The notes beneath the pieces are model-generated. The model searched no databases and was not told the DNA's origin. It saw only the letters and a list, made by a program, of their open reading frames with translations. Below are positions 55,927 to 64,000 of a stretch of DNA of 64,000 bases, one piece after another (within the stretch, counting starts at the first letter, position 1; each line of letters begins with the position of its first letter). The stretch lies in assembly GCA_035544735.1 (NCBI GenBank), contig DATKCD010000035.1, positions 31,854 through 95,853 on the forward strand. Direction: 5' to 3'. This DNA is from Thermoanaerobaculia bacterium. Its GTDB lineage: Bacteria; Acidobacteriota; Thermoanaerobaculia; Gp7-AA8. Made by a program: the position numbers and the translations under genes.

Positions 55927-56448
55927 ATGCAGGCATTTCGCGGCGGCGCACCGGGGCCTCACCCTGGCTCCGGAGAGCCTTTCTGCTGTTACGATACGGA
56001 GTCCGTGCCCGCGATCCACTTCCTCTGCCGCGCATGCGAGCGGCGCCTCGCCGCCGACGACGGGAGCGATCCCGGCGTCGGCTGCGACTCCTGCGGTGTG
56101 AGCCATGCGCTCGCCTTTCCCCCGGCCGGGGCCCCCCTCGAGCGCTGCGGATCGTGCGGCGAGCGCGAGCTCTACGTGCAGAAGGACTTCAACCGCACTA
56201 CCGGAATCGTCCTGGTCGCGATCGGTGCCGTTTTCGTCCCCTGGACCTGGGGCCTGAGCCTGCTCGCCGTCACGATCCTCGACTTCGCGCTCTACTCGCT
56301 GCTCGGGGACGTGACGGTCTGCTACGCCTGCCGGGCCGTCCATCGCGGCTTTCCGCGAAACCCCGCGCACGGAGCGTTCGATCTGGTGACGCACGACCGG
56401 CACGTTTACGGGGTGGCGCCTCCCGGAGCCGAGGAGGGGCACCGGTGA
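55927..56448 (+). CDS. Hypothetical zinc-ribbon membrane protein
   Basis: Four CxxC pairs are present (CRAC, CDSC, CGSC, CYAC), with two predicted TM helices. The start is uncertain. Confidence 0.35.
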   Translation: MQAFRGGAPGPHPGSGEPFCCYDTESVPAIHFLCRACERRLAADDGSDPGVGCDSCGVSHALAFPPAGAPLERCGSCGERELYVQKDFNRTTGIVLVAIGAVFVPWTWGLSLLAVTILDFALYSLLGDVTVCYACRAVHRGFPRNPAHGAFDLVTHDRHVYGVAPPGAEEGHR

Positions 56449-56455
56449 GGCGGGG

Positions 56456-57223
56456 TCAGACGGGCAGCCGGGCCCCGCTCGAGAGCCCGATCGCGAGCAC
56501 TTCCCCGATGACGACCGCGACGACCGCGACGTAGAGGATCCCGGTCGCCGCCATCGTCGAGCGGATGCGAGCGGTTCCCCAGATCATCGGCCAGAGCGCC
56601 AGCGGAAACAGAAGACCCCACCCGACTCGCATCCAGAAGAAGATTCCCTGGCGCACGACGAGCTCCCAGAGCGGGGTGTCCCGTCCCCACCCCGCCGACC
56701 CGAGCAGGGCGATCGCCCCTCCCACCACGGCCAGCCGAACGATCGAGCAGGCCAGCAGCGCGCGGCAGAGCCGCAGCAGGGGATCGATCGACATCCCGCG
56801 GACCACGAGGTACCAGTGGCCGAGCAGCATCGCCTGGCTGACCGTGCCGAGCAGCGCGGTGGCGCTCCACGCCCCCGCCGCGCTCCACGCCGGCGCCAGG
56901 GGGAGCACCGCGTGATGCCACGCGAGCGCAGGGGCGGCCAGACCGGCGATCCCCGCGAGGAGCCAGACCAGCCGGTAGACCGGCCGCTTCGGATAGCGGA
57001 GGACGAGCCACAGCAGGCCGGCCGCGACGACCAGCGACGCGTCGGCTCCGGCGAGATCGGGGCGGCGCGCGGCGGCGTGCGCGACGGCCGCCAGGGCGCC
57101 GAGCGAGGCGACGACGATCAGGATCAGCCGGTAGTACTTCACCCCGGCATCTCTTCGTCTCACCAGCGGAAGGGTCAGCTGCAGCCCGGCCGCGGTCTCG
57201 ATCAGGAAGAGCGCGAGATACAT
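56456..57223 (-). CDS. Integral membrane protein of unknown function
   Basis: A 255-aa, highly hydrophobic multi-pass ORF. Confidence 0.45.
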   Translation of the reverse strand: MYLALFLIETAAGLQLTLPLVRRRDAGVKYYRLILIVVASLGALAAVAHAAARRPDLAGADASLVVAAGLLWLVLRYPKRPVYRLVWLLAGIAGLAAPALAWHHAVLPLAPAWSAAGAWSATALLGTVSQAMLLGHWYLVVRGMSIDPLLRLCRALLACSIVRLAVVGGAIALLGSAGWGRDTPLWELVVRQGIFFWMRVGWGLLFPLALWPMIWGTARIRSTMAATGILYVAVVAVVIGEVLAIGLSSGARLPV

Positions 57224-57253
57224 GTTGCGCCGCTACTCTCGAGCGCCCGCGGG

Positions 57254-58183
57254 CTACTGCACCGCTTCGCTCGCCCGCAGGAATCGATATCCCCGCTCCT
57301 CCAGCCGGGGAAGCTCGTCGCGCAGCACGCGAATCGTGGTCGGATAGAGATGTCCGATGCCGATGGCGATGTCTCCGCCGTCCGCCAGCCGCGCGAGCCG
57401 CTCGATCTGAGCGCGGATCGCCTCCTCGCTCGTGTCGGCGTCGAGGAAGACGTCGCGCGCGGCCGCCCGGACTCCCAGACGGCTGGCGAGCTGCCGCGAA
57501 ACCGTGTGCGGCGTGGTCCGGGAGTCGATGAAAAAGACTCCCTCGGCCGCGATCGCTTCCAGCACCTTCTGCATCACCCGCGCATCGGAGGTCGCCGCCG
57601 ATCCCATGTGGTTGTTGACTCCCTTCGCATGAGGCACGCTCCGGACCATCGCCCGCGTGCGAGAGTGGATCTCGTCGTCCGACATGCTGCGCAGGATCGC
57701 CCCTTCCCCCGGCGAGACCGCCGGATATCCCTCCGGCTCCATCGGCAGATGACAGAGGATCTCGAATCCGCGGGAAAAGAGGAAGGAGGCCGAGCTCGCC
57801 GCGTGCGGCGTCCCCGGAATCACGGCGAAGCTGATCGTCGTGCCGAGCGCGGCGGCCTGTTCGGCCGCGCCGCGGTCGTAGCCGACGTCGTCCAGAATCA
57901 GCACGATCCTTCCGGCCTCCGGCCGGCCGGGTGCTGCGGCCGGCGGGGGGCCTGGAGATTCGACGACCGCAGCAGCCTCGGTAGCGCGGGGGGCCTCGTC
58001 GAGCGCCGGGCCGGCATTCCCCGCCAGACGGACGTCACCCGCCACCCACTGATATCCGAGGAAGAGGAGGAATCCGAGAAGTGGCAGGGCGAGGGTGGCC
58101 GCGAGCACGCGGAAGGGCGGCCGCGGGCCGAGAGGATCGCTTCGCCGGATCGGGCCCCTTCTCTCCGAGCCCCGATCGTTCAC
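57254..58183 (-). CDS. Divergent polysaccharide deacetylase family protein (YibQ-like)
   Basis: The motifs ILDDVGY, GHLYP and FFIDSRTT are present. An N-terminal TM helix is present. The gene is adjacent to ctpA and envC-like genes, as yibQ is in Proteobacteria. Confidence 0.65.
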   Translation of the reverse strand: MNDRGSERRGPIRRSDPLGPRPPFRVLAATLALPLLGFLLFLGYQWVAGDVRLAGNAGPALDEAPRATEAAAVVESPGPPPAAAPGRPEAGRIVLILDDVGYDRGAAEQAAALGTTISFAVIPGTPHAASSASFLFSRGFEILCHLPMEPEGYPAVSPGEGAILRSMSDDEIHSRTRAMVRSVPHAKGVNNHMGSAATSDARVMQKVLEAIAAEGVFFIDSRTTPHTVSRQLASRLGVRAAARDVFLDADTSEEAIRAQIERLARLADGGDIAIGIGHLYPTTIRVLRDELPRLEERGYRFLRASEAVQ

Positions 58184-59364
58184 GCGGCCTTCTTCTCCAC
58201 CTCTGAGGATTTGAGAATCGCGATGGCGCGGTCGAGGATCAGGTCGGGCTTCTCGGCCGAGTCGTCCTCTTCCCCGAGGATGATGAGCGGGGTCAGATCG
58301 ACGACCACGTCGGGGCGGACACCCTCCTGCCGGATGACCTGGGACTTCGGGGTGGTGTAGTCGCCGATGGTGACCATGAGGGCTCCGCCGCTCGGCAGAT
58401 GGACGAGTCTCTGCTCGATCGCCTTGCCGTACGTGCGGGTTCCGACGACGCGACCGCGCTCGTTGTCGCGGATTGCGGCGGCGAAGACCTCGGCGCCGCC
58501 CGTGGAGCTCGAGTCGGCGAGGACGACGAGCTCGCCGTCGTAGACGGTCTCGGGATCCGCCGACCAGGTTCGCGCGTCCACGCGGCGACCTTCGAGCGAC
58601 GCGATCGTCCCCTTTCCGAGCAGCAGATCGGCCGACTCGATCGCAGGCTCAATCGCTCCGTCGGCGTTGCCGCGAACGTCGACGATCAGCTTCCGCGCGC
58701 CGGCAGCAGCGGCGGCCTCGAGCGCGCTCGCGAGCTGTTCCGGCGTCTGCTCGCTGAAGAACGGGATCGCGATGTAGCCGACCCCGTCGACGGTCGTGAA
58801 CACGGGGGCCGGGATGGCGAAGTTCTTCCGCTCGACTTCGATCGTCTCCCGCTTGTTCATCGATCCCTTCAGCAGGACCAGACTGACCTTGCTCCCCTTC
58901 TCGCCGTGGAGCGCCGAGCGAATCTCCCAGAGCGCCATCTCCTGCGTGCGGTCTCCGTCGATCATCTCGATGAAATCGCCCGCCTCGATTCCGGCGGCTT
59001 TGGCGGGAGAGCCGGCGAGCGGGGCGATGACGTAGGCGTATCCGAACCGGCGGCTGACGACGATCCCGGGTCCCGTCGTCTCGGGTTCTCGGTAATCGCG
59101 GTACGCCTCCATCCGGGTGGGAGGGACGTAGTAGCTGTACTCGTCGATCGCATCGGTCAGACCGTCGAAGGCCCCGGCGATGAGCTCGTCCGGATCGACG
59201 TTCTCGACGTAGCTGCTTCGCACCAGGGAGAACACCTCGGTGAAAATGCTCAGGTAACGGTAGACGTTGTCGCGGGAGACGGCCTGTCCGAACAACCCTC
59301 CGGCGAGCAGCGTGATCATGAGCGTGAGCGAAACGGCGAGAAATCCCAGCTTTCTGCGGTTCAT
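58180..59364 (-). CDS. ctpA: Carboxyl-terminal processing protease, S41 family
   Basis: A PDZ domain is present. The catalytic region is GRVVGTRTYGKA, with Ser/Lys dyad motifs. The start is at MNRRKLGF. Confidence 0.85.
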   Translation of the reverse strand: MNRRKLGFLAVSLTLMITLLAGGLFGQAVSRDNVYRYLSIFTEVFSLVRSSYVENVDPDELIAGAFDGLTDAIDEYSYYVPPTRMEAYRDYREPETTGPGIVVSRRFGYAYVIAPLAGSPAKAAGIEAGDFIEMIDGDRTQEMALWEIRSALHGEKGSKVSLVLLKGSMNKRETIEVERKNFAIPAPVFTTVDGVGYIAIPFFSEQTPEQLASALEAAAAAGARKLIVDVRGNADGAIEPAIESADLLLGKGTIASLEGRRVDARTWSADPETVYDGELVVLADSSSTGGAEVFAAAIRDNERGRVVGTRTYGKAIEQRLVHLPSGGALMVTIGDYTTPKSQVIRQEGVRPDVVVDLTPLIILGEEDDSAEKPDLILDRAIAILKSSEVEKKAA

Positions 59365-59372
59365 GTCGGTTC

Positions 59373-60524
59373 CTATCGGAGCCACTCCTTCGGGTCGGTC
59401 GGCCTGTTGTCCTCCCGGATCTCGAAATAGAGCGATCCGGAGTCTCCCTCTTCGTCTTCCGCGACGAGCGCCACGCGCTGGCCGGCGGCGATCCGGTCAC
59501 CCACGCTCAACGCGGCCCCCCGCGTGTTTCCGTAGAGCGAAAAGACGCGGTCGCCATGATCGAGGATGATCAGATTCCCGTATCCTCTGAACCACTGGGC
59601 AAATAGAACTGTTCCCGCGTAGACCGCGCGGACCTCGTTTCCGGGGGCGGTCCCGATGCGGATCCCATTGTTGACGATCCAGGTGTCGAACTCGGTGCTG
59701 CGCTGGCGGCCGTAGTCCTCGACGATGGCGCCGCGGACGGGCCAGTCGAGAGCCCCCTTGAACTCCCGGACGCTGACCGAGACCGAGGGGTGGAGGTTCT
59801 GACTGTAGAGGAGCTCGAAAAGGCGCTCGAGGCGGCGGGCCTTCTCTTCGAGCTCGGCGAGCCTGGCGGCCGAGCGGCGCGACTCGCTGCGCAGGCGTGC
59901 GAGGACTCGCTCCTTCTCGAGGCGCTTCTGCTCGGCTGCCGCCCGCCGGCCGGCCGCGAGCTTGCGAGTCCGCTCGATCTCCCCTTCCTTCTCCGCCAGG
60001 CGCCCCTCCTCGAGCACGAGCCGCTCCTGCGCCGCCTGGAACGCCGAGACCGCCCGCGCATCGCGTCCCACCAGATAGGCGAGCATCGCCGCCCCTTCGA
60101 GCGGATTTCGCCGCGGATCGATCGAAAGCAGCATCCGCAGATACGGCACGCGACCCATCCGGTAGAGCATCGAGAGGCGCGTCGTCAGATATCCGCGGTG
60201 CCGGCGGAGGTCCTGGTTGATCGCGAACACGCGGTCGGCGATCTCGCGCCGCTGGCTCTCGAGGCGCGAGGCGGTCTCGAGCGCCGCCTCGAGCTCCCGG
60301 GTGACGATCCCGAGCTCGAGATCGATCGTCTGAAGCTCGTTCTCCAGGGTCCCCGCCTGCCGGCGAACCGAGTCCAGACGCCCGCGGAGCTGGCGGATCT
60401 CGCCGCGCAGCCGGTCCAGCTCCGCTTCGTGATCGCGTCGCTGCCCGTGAAGCGATCCGGCGAGCAGGAGGATCGCGAGAGATGCGGCGCCGAGCCGCCT
60501 TCCCGGGAGCCACGCCGGCATCAC
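59373..60524 (-). CDS. M23-family peptidase with N-terminal coiled coil (EnvC-like murein hydrolase activator)
   Basis: A long coiled coil is followed by the LytM-domain motifs GNLIILDHG and YGN. Confidence 0.8.
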   Translation of the reverse strand: MMPAWLPGRRLGAASLAILLLAGSLHGQRRDHEAELDRLRGEIRQLRGRLDSVRRQAGTLENELQTIDLELGIVTRELEAALETASRLESQRREIADRVFAINQDLRRHRGYLTTRLSMLYRMGRVPYLRMLLSIDPRRNPLEGAAMLAYLVGRDARAVSAFQAAQERLVLEEGRLAEKEGEIERTRKLAAGRRAAAEQKRLEKERVLARLRSESRRSAARLAELEEKARRLERLFELLYSQNLHPSVSVSVREFKGALDWPVRGAIVEDYGRQRSTEFDTWIVNNGIRIGTAPGNEVRAVYAGTVLFAQWFRGYGNLIILDHGDRVFSLYGNTRGAALSVGDRIAAGQRVALVAEDEEGDSGSLYFEIREDNRPTDPKEWLR

Positions 60525-61237
60525 GACCTCGCCCTGGCCGGGATCAGCTTCAGCGCCTCCCGCGCCGCCTGCTGCTGCGCCTCTTTCTTCGACGACCCCG
60601 TCCCCTTCGCGCTCACCCGGTTCGGAAGCGAGACCTCGACCACGAATCTCTTGTCGTGATCAGGGCCGATTTCCTCCACGACGGCGTACTCGGGAAGCGG
60701 CAGCCCCATTGCCTGCACCACTTCCTGGAGCGCGGTCTTGTAGTCCTGAAAGAGCAGATCGTTCTCGTCGAGCTCCATGAGGTCCGCCTCGAACGATCGC
60801 TCGATGAGCTCGCGGACCGGCTCGACCCCTCCATCGAGATAGATCGCGGCGATGACGGCCTCGAACAGGTTCGCGAGGAGCGAGTCCTTGTTGCGGCCGC
60901 CCGACTTCTCTTCGCCGACCCCGAGCCTCAGCGCCTCCCCCATGCCGAGGCTCCGAGCCTTGCGCGCGAGGCTGGTCGAGCTGACCAGGAACGCCTTCAT
61001 CTTCGACAGCGCCCCTTCATCGAGCGCCGGAAACCGCCCGAACAGGATGTCGCCGACCAGAAACCCGAGGACCGAGTCGCCGAGAAACTCGTAGGTCTCG
61101 TTGTCGCCGACCTCGCGATCCTTCGACTCGTGGGAGAACGACTTGTGAGTGAGGGCCCTGCGGAGGAGGTCTCGACTGGCGAAACGATAGCCGAGCCGGG
61201 ACTCGAAAGCGTCGAGATCGTTCTCGATGGTGCTCAA
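60521..61237 (-). CDS. rnc: Ribonuclease III
   Basis: The RNase III signature ETYEFLGDSVL is present, with a dsRBD at the C-terminus. The start is set at TTG 61237. The annotated ORF extends to 61360 only by reading antisense through the tRNA-Phe gene (GGSIPSLGT peptide). Confidence 0.8.
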   Translation of the reverse strand: MSTIENDLDAFESRLGYRFASRDLLRRALTHKSFSHESKDREVGDNETYEFLGDSVLGFLVGDILFGRFPALDEGALSKMKAFLVSSTSLARKARSLGMGEALRLGVGEEKSGGRNKDSLLANLFEAVIAAIYLDGGVEPVRELIERSFEADLMELDENDLLFQDYKTALQEVVQAMGLPLPEYAVVEEIGPDHDKRFVVEVSLPNRVSAKGTGSSKKEAQQQAAREALKLIPARARS

Positions 61238-61299
61238 CGAATCCCAGTATAGACGATCGGACCTCTCACACAGGACAAGTCCAGCGGATGAAGAGAGGA

Positions 61300-61375
<76 letters not shown>

Positions 61376-61527
61376 ATCGGAGTGCGGAGGTCGCGAAAAG
61401 CGCGCGAACGATAGCGGCCCTTCGCGAACCTGTCAACGCCGAGCAGCGTCAACCCCCCCTCGGCGGGACAAATTTCGGGCGCCGCCCGCGCGCGCCCTCG
61501 CCGGTGCGGTGCGGACCGATGGGGGCC

Positions 61528-62403
61528 TCACCGGGTCCGGTCGCGGAGCAGGCGCGCGAGATCGCGGAGCGGAGCCGCCGCCGAGCCGAGCCGCGCGATG
61601 GCGGCGAGGGAGGTGTCGATCAGCTCGGCGTTGAGCTGGCGCGCTCCGTCGAGCCGGGCCAGCCGCACGAAGGTCAGCTTTCCTTCGTCCTTGCCGACGT
61701 CCTTGCCGAGCTGCTCCCGGGTCGAGGTGACGTCGAGGATGTCGTCGGTGATCTGGAAGGCGAGCCCGAGGTTCTTGGCGTACGCTTCGATCGCCCGCAC
61801 GCGCGGTGCCCGCGCGTTGGCGAGCATCGCTCCGGTCGCCGCGGCGGCGACGAACAGGGCGCCGGTCTTGCGCGAATGGACGTACTCGAGGGTCGGGAAG
61901 TCGAGCGTGGCGCGCTCGGAATGGAGGTCGACGGCTTCTCCACCGACGCTTCCGTCCCATCCGATCGCGGCGACGAGCCGGTCGAGGATCTCGTGCAACG
62001 GCCAGCGGCGGGGCCGCAGCTCCGCGTGATTGCGCGCGAGCAGTCCGTACCCGTGGTTGAGCAGCGCGACCGCGGTCAGGATCGCGAGGTCCTCGCCGAA
62101 TCTCCGGTGGATGGCCGGCTCGCCGCGTCGCAGGGCGGCGTCGTCCATCGCGGGAAGATCGTCGAGAATCAGCGAGGAGGTGTGGATCATCTCGAACGCG
62201 GCGGCGGCGTCGAGCAGGCGGTCGGGCTTCGCGCCGCAGCTCTCCCCGGCGGCCAGGGTGAGAATGCCGCGGACCCGCTTGCCGGCGGAGCGGAGGGCCG
62301 TCAGCACGGGCTCGCGCAGGGCCGGCGGCATGACGGCGTCGCTCGCGACCTGATGCAGCCGCGCGTCGATGCGCGCTCGTCGATCGGAGAAGTAGTCGCT
62401 CAA
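61528..62403 (-). CDS. ispA: Farnesyl/geranylgeranyl diphosphate synthase (short-chain trans-prenyltransferase)
   Basis: The FARM motif [11 protein letters not shown] and the SARM motif FQITDDILD are present. Confidence 0.8.
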   Translation of the reverse strand: MSDYFSDRRARIDARLHQVASDAVMPPALREPVLTALRSAGKRVRGILTLAAGESCGAKPDRLLDAAAAFEMIHTSSLILDDLPAMDDAALRRGEPAIHRRFGEDLAILTAVALLNHGYGLLARNHAELRPRRWPLHEILDRLVAAIGWDGSVGGEAVDLHSERATLDFPTLEYVHSRKTGALFVAAAATGAMLANARAPRVRAIEAYAKNLGLAFQITDDILDVTSTREQLGKDVGKDEGKLTFVRLARLDGARQLNAELIDTSLAAIARLGSAAAPLRDLARLLRDRTR

Positions 62404-62473
62404 CGGATCGGTCGGCCCCGCACTTTCTGCGGATGCCCCGCATCATTATGGTAGCATCCGAACCCAGCGGTCT

Positions 62474-63999
62474 ATGAATGGTCAGCAGGCACTCCGATTC
62501 CGCCTCGCGATTCCGCTTCTCCTCGTCTTCCTCGTCCTCTTTCTCTCGCTGATCGCCCTGTTCACCGATCTCCCGGAAGCCGACTACTGGAAGACGTTTC
62601 TGGCGGGGATCCTTTCGGCCGGCGCGTGCGCGGTGCTGCTCTCGCTGGTTCAGTCGCGTCAGCGAAACGAGGAAGACACCACGACCGAGCTCCTGCATCG
62701 GATCACCTCGGGCGACCTCGCCGTGCCGACGAAGGAGATCGAGAAGCACGCGGGAACGGCCGAGATCGCGGCGGGAATCCGGGGGATGGTGCTGAACCTC
62801 GAGCGGACGATCAGCCGATTCGCGCAGCTTTCGGCCGACGTGCATCTGGTGAGCGAGCAGATCGGCAATCGGGCCCGCGAGCTCGCGCGGGCCGCCGAGT
62901 CGCAGGTGTCCTCCACGGCGGCGACGGCGGACTCGGTGACGCAGATCGATCGTTCGATCCACGAGGTCCGCAGGAGCATGGAGAACCTGTCGGTCAACGC
63001 TGAGGAGACCTCGACCTCGGTTCTCGAGATGTCGGCTTCGATCGAGCAGGTGCGGCGGATCGCGGAGACCCTGTCGGAGTTCGTGGAGCAGACGGCCTCG
63101 GCGATCGAGGAGATGGTCGCGTCGATCAATCAGGTGGCGACGAACACGGAGAGCTTTTCGTCGTTCGCGTTCGAGACGGCGAGCTCGATGGTGGAGATGA
63201 ATGCGACGACGACCGAGATCGGGCGATCGGCGCAGCAGTCTTCGGATCTCGCGCGCGACGTGCGGAACGCGGCGAACGAAGGGCGCGACGCGGTGCAGGG
63301 CACCGTGCGCGGGATGCACAAGATCGACGATTCGGTGCGGAACGCCGTCACCGCCCTCAGCTCGCTGGTCGAGCGAAGCGAGGAGATCGGAGAGATCGTC
63401 CGCGTGATCGACGAGATCGCCGGGCAGACGAACCTGCTGGCGCTCAACGCCGCCATCATCGCCGCCCAGGCCGGCGAGCGCGGCAAGGGCTTCGCCGTGG
63501 TCGCCGACGAGATTCGCGACCTGTCGGAGCGCACTTCGGTCTCGACCGAGGAGATCCGCACGCTGATCCGCAACGTCCAGCAGGGAATCACCGCCGCCGT
63601 CGATCAGATGACCGTCAGCGCGGAGCGAGTGAGCGAGGGGGTCGACCTGACCGCGCGGGCCCACGAGAAACTGGAGCGCATCCTCGGGCTGACCGACCGC
63701 TCTCTCTCGTCCATCTCCGAGATCGCCAAAGCCACCGACGAGCAGATCCGCGGCAGTCAGGCCGCCACCGAGGCGATCGAAGAAGTCACCAAGATGGTCC
63801 AGCAGACCGCGACCGCCACCCAGCAGCAGTCGACCACCTCGCGCAAGCTCGGCGAGCAGGCCGCCATCGTGCGCGACTACACCAAGCATCTCAAGCGCGC
63901 GATGGAAGAGCAGGAGACCGGAAGCCGCGCCATCAGCCGCGCCATGGACAACATCATGAGCGCGGTCGCCAGCGTCAGCGAGTCCGCCGCGATCCTCGG
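62474..63999 (+). CDS. Methyl-accepting chemotaxis protein; the 3' end runs off the window
   Basis: Two N-terminal TM helices are followed by the highly conserved MCP signalling motif [35 protein letters not shown]. The frame stays open from the ATG at 62474 to the window end. It is not in the supplied ORF track, presumably because it lacks a stop. Antisense ORFs 62659..63129 and 63130..63591 are rejected. Confidence 0.8.
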   Translation, partial: MNGQQALRFRLAIPLLLVFLVLFLSLIALFTDLPEADYWKTFLAGILSAGACAVLLSLVQSRQRNEEDTTTELLHRITSGDLAVPTKEIEKHAGTAEIAAGIRGMVLNLERTISRFAQLSADVHLVSEQIGNRARELARAAESQVSSTAATADSVTQIDRSIHEVRRSMENLSVNAEETSTSVLEMSASIEQVRRIAETLSEFVEQTASAIEEMVASINQVATNTESFSSFAFETASSMVEMNATTTEIGRSAQQSSDLARDVRNAANEGRDAVQGTVRGMHKIDDSVRNAVTALSSLVERSEEIGEIVRVIDEIAGQTNLLALNAAIIAAQAGERGKGFAVVADEIRDLSERTSVSTEEIRTLIRNVQQGITAAVDQMTVSAERVSEGVDLTARAHEKLERILGLTDRSLSSISEIAKATDEQIRGSQAATEAIEEVTKMVQQTATATQQQSTTSRKLGEQAAIVRDYTKHLKRAMEEQETGSRAISRAMDNIMSAVASVSESAAIL

Positions 64000-64000
64000 C

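Overview
High-GC (about 68-70%) Gram-negative chromosomal segment, densely packed with housekeeping and cell-envelope genes on both strands. The organism cannot be identified from this window.

Recognisable genes, in order: the 3' end of an MsbA-like ABC exporter; a DUF374 acyltransferase-like gene; pcm; a YkgJ Cys-cluster protein; a small HTH protein; an M48 lipoprotein peptidase; yicC-gmk-rpoZ-coaBC; a family-4 UDG; priA; accA; recJ; a canonical lptC/A-like - lptB - rpoN - hpf - hprK - rapZ block; a PTS EIIA(Man)-ptsH-ptsI block; miaB; a bifunctional-nuclease-domain protein; parA-parB; a single-ORF LptF-LptG fusion; pckA (minus); kdsD; LolA-like; yajQ; a polyprenyl synthase; a GH3 hydrolase (minus); a 2016-aa secreted beta-helix/DUF11 giant protein; coaD; a peptide-type ABC SBP plus two permeases (minus); a beta-propeller protein; a SpoIVB-like S55 peptidase; a YibQ-like deacetylase, ctpA, an M23/EnvC-like peptidase and rnc (all minus); tRNA-Phe (minus); ispA (minus); and the 5' part of an MCP that runs off the window end.

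No CRISPR array, IS element, integrase or obvious defence island was found.

The most unusual sequence-level feature is a family of inverted tandem arrays of a 9-bp unit, (GCGTCTGGA)n followed by (TCCAGACGC)m, at three intergenic sites that bracket parAB and lptFG. Each is predicted to form a very long imperfect hairpin. A second is a 452-bp lower-GC intergenic element between coaBC and udg, with perfect 20-bp terminal inverted repeats and a nested perfect 39-bp inverted repeat built from (GAATGCA)3, which looks like a MITE. Other notable points: both the LPS-transport permeases (LptF+LptG) and the periplasmic bridge (LptC/LptA-like) appear as fused single ORFs; a frameshifted probable pseudogene; palindromic operator-like repeats upstream of the M48 peptidase gene; and a G-quadruplex motif upstream of the PTS operon.
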